Shown piece after piece: positions 41,998 to 54,846 of a stretch of DNA of 64,000 bases. The stretch is from Felis catus. Taxonomy: Eukaryota. The notes under the pieces were generated by a model. That model had not been told where the DNA came from. It saw only the letters and a program-made list of their open reading frames with translations, and made no database searches. Each line of letters opens with the position of its first letter. Within the stretch, counting starts at the first letter, position 1. Location of the stretch: the NCBI RefSeq assembly GCF_018350175.1, contig NC_058368.1, forward strand, positions 156,180,001 to 156,244,000, written 5' to 3'. Position numbers and translations under genes: made by a program.

Positions 41998-42230
41998 GGT
42001 GCCTGGGTGGCTCAGTTGGTTGAGCACCTGATTCATGATTTCGGCTCAGTCATGATCTCACAGTTTGCGGGATTGAGCCCCGTAGTGGGTTCTGTGCTGA
42101 CAGTGCAGAGACTGCTTGGGATTCTCTTTCTCCCTCTCTCTATCTGCCCCCACCCCACTCGTGTGCACACACACACACTCTCTTTCTCTCAAAATAAATA
42201 AATTTTCAAATAAAGTAAAAATAAAAATAA
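41998..42230 (+). mobile_element. Can-SINE
   Basis: gggtgcctgggtggctcagttggttgag head and A-rich tail. Confidence 0.9.
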
Positions 42231-42243
42231 AATGCACTTGTTG

Positions 42244-43551
42244 AGTCTCTGCTTTGTTGTCCTGCCCATTGTTCCCCTGCAGTGTATTCAATTAACTTCT
42301 ATATCCTTTGTTCTGCCTTGGGTGAATTCTTTCACCACCCTACGACCGGCCTTCACCTCATTGGGTCACCCCACATTTGGTGGCTCTCACAGGGAACCTC
42401 TGCTGGTCTGGGACTTTCCTTGGATTATCTGGGAACTTCTTGGGACTCTTCCCTTGGTGGATGGATTCTAGTACTCGTTGGGAAACTGAAGACCTCAGGA
42501 GGAGGTTATTCCTCCATGAGGATCCAAACTCCAGGGGGAACCAGTTCCCCTCTTGCCCTTTGGAGGGACCCTTTCCTCCCTCTCCCTTACTCTTCTTGGC
42601 CCTTCTGTGGTCTAACCCTAGTACGCCTCATACAACTGAAGATCTCTAGCCCAGGTGGCTCCCAGGTGTGGTATGAAGGTCTGAGGGTGAACAAGTTGGA
42701 CTGCCCATGCCTGTGAGGGCAAAGGACTTCTGTCCTCTCTCCCACTCCATCCCCCTGAGGCATCCATCCCCAAAGTGTGGCAGCTCATCCAGGGTCAATC
42801 CACACGTTAGGGAATTGGTTGGAACGCTTTCCTGATGCTGGCTATCTCTCAGTCACCTTGCTTCTTTCTGCCCTTCTTTTTTCCCTTTGTTCCTGAGGAT
42901 CCAGGCACCATCTTGATCTATAGGCAAAATCTGTTACTATCTGCCTGAGTGAATCCAACAATTCCATGAATCAACAAGGATTCCAGCCCACACCATGGGA
43001 GGATCTGCTCCCCCTAAATTCTATGGAGCTGGCCACCAGGGAATTTCACTCGAATTGCCTATCAGCTTATTGATCTAATACCATGCTCTGGTCTATAACT
43101 GCACAGAATGTCTGATGGACTGACAATTTTAGGTAGGGACAGGTGCCTCCCCTGTCTGGCATGAAGCAGCTAATGAAGACGATACCTCTGTCCAAATGCC
43201 AAAGATTTGTCATTGTTGACCTGTCAGGGGGGAATATAGAGGCCACTTTTAGGCAACAGGCTTGAGCAATGGGTAAAAGGGCCCACTGTGACCGCTGAAC
43301 TGAATGCAAACAGGCTCTTTAAACAGCCCACCACAATATATCCATAAGCCCTAGCTGGCCAATGGGCTGCTTACAACCCAGCACAGGTACCAAAAAAGGA
43401 AAATTCCATACATTCTTATACCTCCTCACTACCACCCCCGTAACTGTAGCCCCCATCACTGTCTCCTGGCAGGCAGTCTCTCCTTTGCTCTTTTGCCTGG
43501 TGCTTCCTTGCAGTATATTCAATAAACTTCTATATCTTGAAAAAAAAAAAA
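42244..43551 (+). mobile_element. Poly(A)-tailed processed ERV transcript (R-U5-PBS-internal-PPT-U3-R-An)
   Basis: R-like sequence at both ends (...tgcagtgtattcaattaacttctatatc near 42278 and ...tgcagtatattcaataaacttctatatc near 43509); U5 ends in ca at 42375, then PBS-like tggtggctctcacaggg; PPT aggggggaa 43226-43234; AATAAA 43521-43526, A12 at 43540-43551. Confidence 0.8.
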
Positions 43552-43560
43552 TGCAATTGC

Positions 43561-43690
43561 TGAGGCACCTGGCTGACTCAGTCAGTAGAATACATGACTT
43601 CTGATCTTGGGGTTTTGAGTTCAAAGCTCATACTGGGCATGTAGTTTACTTTAAAAAATAGGTAGATAAATAGATACACAGACAGAAAAT
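43561..43690 (+). mobile_element. Old short Can-SINE
   Basis: ggcacctggctgactcagtcagtagaatacatgacttctgatcttggggttttgagttcaa tRNA-like head. Confidence 0.8.
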
Positions 43691-44216
43691 AAAAATTCAA
43701 TTACTTAATCCTATTTCTACTTGCCATTACTAGCTTGGGCACTCAGCCTACTACTAAAAATGCAAATCTATGGCAGATTAACTGACAGTATGGAACCATT
43801 AGGTTTCTTCCAAATTTGGGAATATTTTAGAATCCTCTTTTAAAATTTTTCAATTAAAGCAAATTACTTCATATAAAATTAAAACTAAAAACTATTTTCA
43901 AAAAGCCATTAAATATGATTTTCTTTTTCTATGAAATGATTAAAATAACTGACTATTAATATAATCATTTAAACAACTCAAACAGTGAAGCTCAAGATAA
44001 TCCTGATCCTACTGGAGCCTTAGCATCTGAATAAGATTGATAACAGAGATACAGCACAGTATTAGTTCCTTTCGTAAAATGGCCCAATTTACAATATCAA
44101 AAATTCACTTCAAAATATCTCTATTCGCTGCTTCACACAATTCAATAAGTAGTATAAAAATAACTTTAAGTCACATTATATACCCTAATAGCTAAAAAAA
44201 TATGTTTGATACTTAC

Positions 44217-44399
44217 TGATATAATTCAGTTAATGGTGAAGTCAAAATGACTAATGTTGTAAACAGATTATTACAATGGGTATGAATTTTAAAAATTTTA
44301 TCATCTATATACTGATGGGGATTCAAAAGCTTCTGTACAGATGTGCAAATTGACCATAATAAGTTCTCAGTGCATATTAAAATTGTCGTGACATCAAGT
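44217..44399 (-). CDS. KIAA0825: KIAA0825 internal coding exon (6th in window)
   Basis: Acceptor ctttccaatag|A, donor TATCA|gtaagt; 183 bp, phase 2->2; (R)[60 protein letters not shown](Q). Confidence 0.92.
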
Positions 44400-45380
44400 C
44401 TATTGGAAAGAAAAAAGAAAATCTTGTTAAGCAAAATTGTTTCTCTGACTGGTACATACACTATCATACCTATCTCTTATATCAAACAAATGTAAGGATA
44501 GAAATATTTGGTTAGATATCAGAGCTTCAGAAATCAAAGACAAACAGAAAACAACAAAGCTTAGCGTTTGAGTTTCCAGGTGTTAGATGACCCATATACC
44601 ACTATCTTTAGGAATAGTGAGGTCTCTAATACTAAAATATGTTGGGAGGGCTTTTTTTTTTTAAAGGTTTATTTTTCATTATTAGGATACTGTTCAAAAA
44701 GCTCAAGACACTTTCCTTCAAATTATGTCCAACAGAAAAGGAGGCAGATTAAAAGAAAATTTGCTATTACCCACATATATATGATAGGTAAAGTTTTGAT
44801 AAGAGAATAATTCTCCTTATCCAAGTACAAGCTGTCAAAAGAAAGTTACAAGTTTGGGTAAACACATTTCCCTAGCAAGTGGGAGAGGAGAAAAAAATGA
44901 GACCAGAAGCACAAATGGAGAAGCCTATAGTTTCAGAAATTTTCAATATTGAATAAATTTGTGGAAACTTTGTTGTATTATATAATCTTATTCATAAACT
45001 CATTTGTTTCTATCTTTCTTTTGTTTCAACAGAGACCCAAAGATCTATTCAAAGATTAGTTTGGTATATGACTGACTGAATTGTATAAACCTCAGTTAAT
45101 TTCCTCTTTTTTTTTCTTTTAAATTCAGTGTTGAAGAAATAGAAGATAGAAATTATGAAGTGATAAGAAAACAAATAAGTTTGAAGATCTTTTAAATGAC
45201 ATTTTGGCCTCAGGTTTATTATATATGTAAAACAAATTTATACACATACTACATATTACAACGATTACATATATATAGTTTTAGCCATACTAAAAACATC
45301 AATAATCGCCTTTAGGAAGGTTTAACTGTAGTTTGCATCTACTTTCTCTAATTGTTAACTAAACAATTACAAATCGAAGG

Positions 45381-45385
<5 letters not shown>

Positions 45386-45425
<40 letters not shown>

Positions 45426-45431
45426 ACACAC
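45386..45431. repeat. (CA)n microsatellite
   Basis: Directly visible tandem repeat. Confidence 0.95.
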
Positions 45432-46716
45432 ATGATCCGATTTCCACAGTAATGGTGGTTTAGTATTAACCATTCAAATATGACAATTTATTTATTTTAC
45501 TTAAAAAAACTAGAAGAAATAATTCTAGCATTTCATGGCATTTTTATGTAACCATCCAGAAAACAAAAACCAAAAGTCTCCATCGTACAGTTAATTAACT
45601 ATACTACCAAGTTCATGAGCTAATAGTAAATCTGATTTCACACACATCTCATAATGACTTGCCACCTCCGAGTCAAAAGTGATTTAATCTACATAAGGAA
45701 AAGAATGAAGGTACCCTTTGCTCTCAAAAAAAGCCTTTCCATCTATTCTTCAGAGTTCAATGATTTAAAAATGTTTGGTCAGTAATTCAAAACAGCCTTT
45801 GCAAAATACCATATTTATGAAACACTGTAGCAGGACCTAAATACTCTTCAAATGCAGCATGTTTTACAAGAACATGATCAGGAAATGATTCCCACTGCCA
45901 AAAAGAAAAAAACAAAAAAACCCTCTGATGTCTTTAGATTCCTCCAAAAATATATCTGAAAAAAAAAATCTTTTATACCTAAAAGACACTGCTTAATCAC
46001 ATTGGTGAGAATATTTAGAAAACAAAAGCCTTTTCTTCACATGGCCTGTTGTCATGTAGGCAAATTTTTGTAAAGGTCATTGCCTAGATGTCTCATGGAC
46101 CTGGACTATATATAATTTAGTCATTAATATCCCGTGACTGCTGCTCCTCATTTTCTGCGATTTCACATTTTGTTAAACTGGCTTTTAGTAATACATATTG
46201 AAAAAGAAGGGGGGGGGGAAGAGGTAATTAGAATATATCAAGAAGAAAAATTATTAGACAAAGGAGTTTCCTTAATGAAGATTAACTACACTATTTAAAG
46301 ATTTACAAACAAAAACTAAAATCCCCCGGTTCCCTAGAATCTCAAAGTCAAATTAACTGCCCCATCACAGAACTGTTGCTTTTTTCTCCATTTCAGGGCC
46401 CCAATTCTCCCTCTTTATCTTATTTATTAAGTTTTGTATATAAATGTCTTAGATTGTAATACATCCTGAATCATTTTTTAGAAACTAGTGGGTTCTATAC
46501 ACAATTTTAAGAAGAAAAAAAGAGCACAGTTATTTTGATTCAAGTTCCACATTTCCACTTTAGTATCTCAGGAGAATTGAATACGATTTCCTCTCAGATG
46601 TTAGGAACGTGTTAACTATACAAGGAGCTATATCATGAGATTTAGAATTACATTCTGCTTTATACCAGCTGATGAGAGTTTTCTTGAAAAGCAATGGTTT
46701 TCACAACTTCAATTAC

Positions 46717-46907
46717 CTTATCTGTGGAGTTCTCTTATAACTGGGATGGGCCCGAGCATATCTGGAGGCCAGTAGACCCAAACATTTCTCCAGCACATCT
46801 GTTAGAATTTCCTGGGCTAACTTCGGGGGCAGAATGGTCCAGAGATCATGGTGAAGAGCGCAGAAGAAATAATGCCACATCTGGAGTGAGAAGGAGCATC
46901 TTTCCCC
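46717..46907 (-). CDS. KIAA0825: KIAA0825 internal coding exon (5th in window)
   Basis: Acceptor ttttgccag|GGG, donor AAG|gtaatt; 191 bp, phase 0->2; [63 protein letters not shown](R). Confidence 0.92.
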
Positions 46908-48370
46908 CTGGCAAAACCACCACACGTTAAACAACAGAATCACATCTTCCAAAATGTCAGTTTGCTTCCTATGAACATAATTAATTCAGGCTGAAAGGAA
47001 ATAGCTGGAGAGTTTGACACACTAGATGACCAAGAAAGATTTTTGACAAGATGTAAAACATCCTTATTGACAAAGGAACATATGTTTTATTTCAATTACG
47101 AGACCAGATATTCTAGTGCAAATCCAGACCACAAGCCTTTAACCTAGCATATCTAGTTTTACCTACTCCTAGCCTGGAGTTTAAAATTCATTTTAAGCTA
47201 TCAGCTTTACAGTTGCCAAACAAGTCATACTAGTTTAAGATGGTGGGCTGATGCTCCTAAAATCAAATGTTAATAATTTAAATGTTTTAAGTATGTATAT
47301 GTTTCTGAGACTATTAGCATCATTGAGGTCATCCTGTAAATGTTTGAGATTTCACATTATAATGAAATGACAGGAGTAAAAATAAACTTACATGCCACAT
47401 ACTTATTAACATGCATGAAACCAAGGGGCATGGGTAACTATTAAAGATTATTGCATCAGGCTATTCCATTCATGGAGTTCTAATAACAATGCTAGGAACA
47501 GACACTACAATGGTCTGATTTTACAAGATTTTGTAAACCTAAAGCAGATGTTTTGGTCTCGTCATGTCTTAGTATTTTTACAGTACTTCATACATCCAAG
47601 GGGCCAGATTCTCATTCCTTTCCACCCCCCTACAGACCTCTTCTGTGTACCAAATTTTCCCTGACCACAGAGGAAGACCCAGCAGTGGCCAAGACCAATG
47701 GGAACAGGCAGAAATAGAAGGTGGCCTCAAGTGATTTACAAGCATTAATTAGTTAACATGCTCTCAGGGAGGTAGGCTAGTAGTTTGACCTCATTTTCCT
47801 CAAACCAGATTAAAAAAATCACTTGAAATTGGAAGAGTTGAATGAGTTTTTCAAACATTACCCAGATCATTACTATATCAAAAGTTAAATGAGTAAAACT
47901 TCCCATTTTATCCCTAAGCAATCCTCTTTGACTTAAAATTCGGCTTTGCTAACTACTTACATTTCTCAAACATTATCTGAAGAAAAATCTGCTATACTCA
48001 TATCAAAAATTGATAATTTTTCATGCATATATGCCTATCAGTATTCTCCTTACATATTCTTCTGATAATTTCCCTGATTACTAACATCTTTTGTAGTCAC
48101 TGTAGTAATAATCTATAATTATTATCTATTGACTTCCAAATGGAGTTTATAAATGAGTATAACGGGGATACTTGGGTGGGAATCCAGGCATCAAAATGTC
48201 TAAGAGTCAGGATCAAAAGAGAAGGCTTTGACCACTCCTAAATTCTACACTAGATGTGTATCAAAACTGTTTTAAAAAATTACAAAATTCGTGTGGGAGT
48301 AGCGAAATCATAGTTTCTTATGCTTTGCAGTGTGTTCTGTGATAAGGAATGCTTTTTAAAATTTCCTAAA

Positions 48371-48570
48371 AGGGCGCCTGGTGGCTCAGTCAGGTGAGCG
48401 TTGGACTCTGGCTCAGGTTGTGATCTTGGGGTTTGTGAGTTTGAGCCCTGCATTGGACTTGCGGCTGTCAGCTCAGAGCCTGCTTCAGAACCTCTGTTTC
48501 CATCTCTCTCTGCCCCTCTGCCACTCATGATCTCTCTCTCTCAAAGATAAAAAAAAAATGAAAAAAAGAT
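48371..48570 (+). mobile_element. Can-SINE
   Basis: gggcgcctggtggctcagtc head, (CT) linker, A tail. Confidence 0.9.
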
Positions 48571-51371
48571 AAGATTTTCTTAAGGCAGAAAGGAGTTTTA
48601 GAGCTTGATTTTCTCATACTTTTTGTGTCGTAGGTTATTAAAACAAAATTGCCCCGGCTGACGTAATGACTCGTATGAATGAATTACACTAACTTTCTCC
48701 ATGGCAATGGACGGGTGATTAGAATAACATGGCCAACACGATTTCTCATATGTTTCAAAATAAAAACCCATTTCCTTAAAAGTTACCGATAAGTGAGAAG
48801 ATAAAAGTAACTTGAGGCATGCGGATTTCTTTCCCTAGAAGTGAAAAACACTTATTGTAAGACTTTTAAAAATACAAACTTTGTATTTCCTTAAAGACAT
48901 TCCCAACTGGTCATCGTTCTCATGATTCTCTTCGAAGTGTGTCACGTTCAATGTATGCAAAAGGGTTTTCATTGAACCAAATAGGATTCATTTATTTTTC
49001 TGACCTGTTTCCCTATCTGTTGTCATTTCAAAGCTATTCTGCTAGTAAACATCTGTTATTTTTGTAGACCCACTATAATGTAAACAGATGTGAGCTTTTA
49101 TTTAGATTATATATCAGGAAACAAGCAGCTGGGCTTTATTATATAAGGCATTCAAGATTATCTTTGAACAGACAATTCTTTATTCTTTGACCATTGGAAA
49201 ACACAAGTTGCTAAAATTGAGCAGATGTCAAGTATACTGAAAGCTTAATTCTAAACACATAATCTGAACACCCACCGTGCCATCTGACCAGCACCTCATC
49301 AGAGAGATACCGAAGTCTCCGACTCTCTCAACTTGACAGTTCAGCAAATGGACATAATGTATTTGGGGCTCACTGGATATCGCAAAACACGGATGAATAT
49401 TGCTTCATATCTTGTAAATTCTTTCACTGTTTCCTTACTACACTCTGCACAAGGCGATAGGCTCCCCTGAGATCTCTATCCCACTCTTCGCCTGCAGTCA
49501 GGCAGATTTCATCTCTTTCCTCTCACAACAGCCCAGCCAAAAAACAGACTGGTCCTGTTTCACAAATCAGTTGGAATAATGGGGAGAGGAGGAGAACAGG
49601 GTGCAGCGAATGGGATAAAACCATGTCAAGTACTCCAGTTGTCAAAACAGTTTAAAATCTGTGCTATTTTTAGAAGTTCCTTATTTTTGGTAAATATAAA
49701 AGCAGTATCACTTTATTTTTCTGAGCATAAATAACAGCCACTAACTCTGCAATTAAATTGTAACTACTGACCACGTAAGTATATGGAAGCCACAGTACCA
49801 TGTAATCACAGGGTAACTATCTTGTTATTTCTGTCTTTGAAGCTAAAGCCTTGTCATAAGATCTGAGAGCTGCATGTTACATGGTAATTTGTTGTTGTTG
49901 TTGTTTTTAATACTTGGTAACTTCGATACCAGGTTCTCAATGCATCCACTTATTATTTATACTGTACAATTCTTCTGACTCCCAATTTGCATAAGAGGAA
50001 ACATAATACCCCTATGGTGGACCTATAGTGAAATGATACCTGTTCCTCAATGAAAACATCGTATGAAATTGCTCATTAGTACACTGACATATTGAAATAG
50101 TTTGAAACAGGAGACGGATTCATTTTCAATCTCTCTGTTTACCTCAAGGCAAATAAGGAAGCTGTGATGCTGCCAAGAGAGGAGAAGACCAATACTTTCA
50201 TTCTTATCTCAAGCTACCAGCTGCACTGTGCCACTTTCTCGTTCTCATTCTGCTCACTGCTGTTTGAAGCATGTCAGGTTTGGAAAACCCTGTATGAATG
50301 CTCTTGCAGAAAGAAAAACTATCTGGGAAGGGCCTCTAAAGGACAGATGAAATGGCCTTTGAAAAAGTGGAAAGTCCTTTAAAAGAGCTTCTTAGCTCCC
50401 TCTCTCTGTTACGGCAACATTTATTATGATAATAACTCAGGCATAAATAGAGCCACAGGACCCCTCAGTGCCAGAGAATTGACAAGGGGGACTCTGCTGA
50501 ATAATACCCCAGTCTGTTTTTCCCAGTACTCCACTGATACTAGGACAGTCAGGAAAAACAAAAATCATAAGCTTCAAGCCAGAGGAAAGGGCAAATTGGC
50601 AAAGTTAATGGAGTTGTTGGGCTTGACTGATGAATTTTTTTAAAAACCTTGATTATCTTTTATTAAGATATTATAATTGTTTCACCCTGCCCTGAAATCA
50701 ACTTCAAGGAATTTCAAATATTGTGGCTTATGTATAATCAATGGGATTTAGGAGAAGGGAAATTAATGAAGCCTGATGATGAATAATTTTAATTGATCCT
50801 GGGTTTGGTTGCACTGGAAATCATTAGGCTTTAATTCAGTAGGAATTTGGGATTTCAAAACATGGGCTAAATGAAAATAGGTAAGCTATAAATGATCAGA
50901 TGGGTCTTAAAGCACCCTCATAAGAACATGCAATGAGAAGGAAAAAATATGTATAAAGAATAAAATGGCTAATAAAAGATACTTATAAAAAACAGAAATA
51001 CATAAGAAAAAAAGTGCAGGAGTACCTATAACTGGTCCCTTTAGAAAAAAAAATACGAAATTGTAGCATTTTGGCATTGTTATCTCTTTGACTTTCTCAT
51101 TGTATCCCATTATATTCCAACTTATATAGCACATGCTGCAGCTCAAATTAAGTTATTTTTACTTTTAAGCAGAAGGAGAGTTCTGATGTCTAGTTATTTC
51201 AGGTTTTTAAAAAGTGTTTTTCCCAAGTACAAATTCAATATTTAAAAAATATTATCCTAACAGCCTTCGTGTGTTGGTAATGCCAAGCTCATGTTTCTAA
51301 TTAGCCAGAAAGCAGGTAGGCAGTAAAACATATTTGTGTAAAAAGGAGGGATAGTAAACTTAACTTCACAC

Positions 51372-51522
51372 CTCATAAAAAGCTTTGTAGTCATCCCAGT
51401 GGTGGCTCTCAGCATCCTGTAAAATGCTTGTAGCACAAACTCTGACGCAGTAGTCCGTAACCTGAAACTGTAGAGTGTTGATGAATTCCTGATATCGTTG
51501 GACAGGCACCAGGAATATGGGT
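51372..51522 (-). CDS. KIAA0825: KIAA0825 internal coding exon (4th in window)
   Basis: Acceptor ctctgaacag|A, donor GAG|gtgtga; 151 bp, phase 2->0; (K)[50 protein letters not shown]. Confidence 0.92.
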
Positions 51523-52929
51523 CTGTTCAGAGGCAATGATCAAAGAGACAGAGATTTAAGGCCTGTGCAGTAGGCGGTAACAATCTCCAGTACTACAAAT
51601 GGTTTTGATTATTAGATATCAATCATTCATTTCCTCCTAATGCTGAAGTCTGCATCCACATTCACTTTCCAAAAAGAAAAAAAAAAAAAAAAAAAAGCTG
51701 GTCTTTGTTTTGCAAGTCCTTTGAAAACGTACATCTGCTGTTCCACAAATATGCACTTCAACTTGAGACAAACTGCATTGTCAATACATCATTCAAAAAT
51801 AAAAGTATTCTTTGTAAGCCTATTATTAGAGATCAGTGCATTATTTAGGCATTAGGGTATCGTTATTACAGAGAACAACATGCATTTGTCAGAACCAACT
51901 TTTATAAAGCTATCACACGTCCCACAAACACACTTCTTTTGTTTTAAAAATTGTAATTTTGTAGATGTCAATTATCTCATAAACTGTTTTAAAATATTCT
52001 ACGGAAATAAAGTGACTTCTGGCACATTTTGTTTATAACTTCAAGTATGAGTCACCACATCTGACTACTTACGAGAATTAAATAGCAGAGCTATATTCTG
52101 CATCAAGTCAAATTTATTTTACTTTTATCTTTAGTTATTTATATTACACTTTCTTATGCTTTCTCTCATAGCTAAGGGACTACAAACACTGAGTGAGAAT
52201 AAGAAGAGACTGTTGGCTTCACGCTGGACAGCCACGTCCACATGTTCCCTTTGCAAAGGACTGTGCTATCTCCTAGAGAGGCCAAGAGCAGCCAAAAAGA
52301 CCATGTGGCCATTTTTATTCTCTTTCCAGGAAACATCCAGTCTTTTTAGACTACTAATACATGAGAATTAAGACTGCCGGATGCTTTCTCCTCACATATT
52401 AAGGATAGTTTCTTACTAAATGGATGTTTTGAAATATGTTTACATTGGTCAATAGAATAGATTGAAAATGTGTTTATTCTCTCTGTCAGTCCTGACATCC
52501 TGTTTGCTTAGAAACAAAAAAAGAAAAGTGCATATTTCACAACTGAGTATACAAGGGACAGAAACAAGTTCAGCTTTCCTTTCCAGGGTAGTCACAGTTG
52601 TGTCCCTTACAAAATGGAGAGGGTTTACTCGGTCAGGTCATAACAGCATGCAGAAAATAGTTGCCCCAGATTAGATGGAAAACGGATGGATCTTTGGAGT
52701 GAGCCTTTCAAAGGAATACCTGTCTCTGTTACTACCTGTGTATCTGGTTTAACACCCCACACCCCACCTTTCTGACATTTTCTAGTCAAGGCAGATGAAA
52801 ATATAATGCGCCATGTTCATTATTATTTTCTCCTTCTTGAATATTGTCATCAAAGTTTCGCTCCTGTGATTTCCAAAGATTACATGTTACTTTAAGCATG
52901 GCCATCAACTTAATTTAAATGACACTCAC

Positions 52930-53195
52930 TTCTTAGTATTTTCTTTCATCAAATTATCAAAATGCGTAAAATGCTGGAAGACATATACCGCTGTGGAGAG
53001 CAATGTATGTAAGTTTGTCAGGGGTGCTCTGGAAGGAAACTCCTTGCCCCTCTCCTGCAGTCTCGCCAGGACAGCTGTTGCCACTTTACAACAGGCCTCC
53101 ACAAAGTTTGCTCTAATTTCCTGGAAAGAATCATCTCTGCATGCCAGAGCCAGTGGAAGCATTGTGTCAAGTTTTTCCATGATGTCAGAACAAAA
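52930..53195 (-). CDS. KIAA0825: KIAA0825 internal coding exon (3rd in window)
   Basis: Acceptor ttctccctag|TTT, donor AAGAA|gtgagt; 266 bp, phase 0->2; [76 protein letters not shown]...ENTK(K). Confidence 0.93.
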
Positions 53196-53886
53196 CTAGG
53201 GAGAAATAAATGTAGCACTGAGTTATTTGTACTCTGACAGCACCGTGTAATTTATGTACAGGGGAGCCAAATTCCTAAATAATGAATTTGGCATCAAACA
53301 TAAATATAATGACACAACTTTATAACAATCAATTTCTCAGTTATATAAAGTTAAATGTTTTATGTCAAATAAGGAAATCCCAAAATGATGCTTTCCTACA
53401 TATAACCTTCAAACCTTATGCTTACCAGACAGACATTATGAAAAACTCATGAAATAGCTTTACATGACAATACTTTATTTGTAGTTCATAGAACTCAGAG
53501 AACATGTATCCTTGGCATTAATATGATTGGATTATTTTTGAACTTATTCTAATTTTTTTGCTGAATTTTCATAAAGTAAGTTTTTATTAATCACATGTAC
53601 ATAAGGTTATATCGATTTAATTTAAATAATGTAGAAGCATCAGAAGCAATCTCACCTGCCATCTTCTTACTGGTAAGGAGTCAGCAATTTTCAGAAGTGA
53701 TGTGCCTGTCTTTTCAGTAGTTATTATGAATCTACTCTTTCTTAATGGCAAAGGAAGTACAGTGGATGGAGAGGCAAAACTAGCCTGCACTCCCAATTTG
53801 CCAACAGTGTTCCCAGGGGAATGTTCTGGAGCCTCAGGTTGCCAGAAGCCGAATAAGGAGGCCATCTTTAAGATCCCTCTTTTACA

Positions 53887-54078
53887 GGGACGCCTGGGCG
53901 GCTCAGTAGGTTAAGCATCATGATCTCAGAGTTTGTGTGTTCAAGCCCTGCATTGGGCTTTAGACTGACAGCTCAGAAACTGGCCTACTTCAGATTCTGT
54001 GTCTCCCTCTCTCTGCTCCTCCCCCACTTGCTCTTTCTCTCTCACTCTCAAAATAAATAAAAACACTAAAAAAAAAGA
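53887..54078 (+). mobile_element. Can-SINE
   Basis: gggacgcctgggcggctcagtaggttaag head; flanked by ctcttttaca. Confidence 0.9.
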
Positions 54079-54618
54079 GAATGCTCTTTTACAAACATTC
54101 CAATCATACGTTGCCAAACTCATTGTGGACTTAATATTGAGTAACGGTATTTATTTATTTCCGTAATTACTTCCTATTTTCTCAGTATGCTCTGTAACTC
54201 TCAAGACACACATAAAGATGCAAGACGGATGCTAATGAAATGGAATGTACATTAACGTGTAAATAAAGATTTAAAAGTTGCCTAGGCTAATAAAAGACAG
54301 TAATTCCTTCAACCTCCTAAGTTTCTCTTGAAATCATTCAAAGGAATAACCCAAACAAATAGTTTTCCCAGCTCTGCATGAAGTCACAGAAGCCTCCCCT
54401 TGAGGGGCCTGAGACTCATGGAACAACAAGTTGGCAACAAGTTTAAGTCTTTTTGCTAGCAGTAGCCCATGTACACCAGGGAAGAAATCTGGTACTGGGT
54501 CAAGTACCAAGTATTTGCCAGAGACTCCACCATTTCCCTTTGCAAAGTCTTAAATTAAAAAAAAAAAAAATCTAATTATGCCAGTCTACAGTTTGAAAGG
54601 ATTTCATTTGAATCTTGC

Positions 54619-54846
54619 CTTTGCAATTTTCTTTGGTTGGTCCTCCTCCGGAACCACGTGACTGTCTTGCCAGACTTGCTGGACATTTACAAGGTTCATA
54701 GCATAGGTTACAGCTGAAGACCTTTCATTCTGTTCCTGTTGGAGAATTTTTGTGGAAAAATCTTCAGTTGCTGCTGTTATACAATGTGCCACAGGAAGAG
54801 ACACTTCTTTAAATGCATTTCGCCAACGAAAGTCTGGTAAAGTAGC
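54619..54846 (-). CDS. KIAA0825: KIAA0825 internal coding exon (2nd in window; GC donor)
   Basis: Acceptor atttcag|GCT, donor AAG|gcaaga; 228 bp, phase 0->0; [76 protein letters not shown]. Confidence 0.88.

Noticed and set aside
42282..42716. 144-aa ORF as a possible gag gene
   Set aside because: It spans the LTR R/U5, PBS and leader of the ERV retrocopy and has no Gag motifs.
43561..43640. tRNA-like sequence with A/B boxes
   Set aside because: It is the head of a tRNA-derived Can-SINE, not a tRNA gene.
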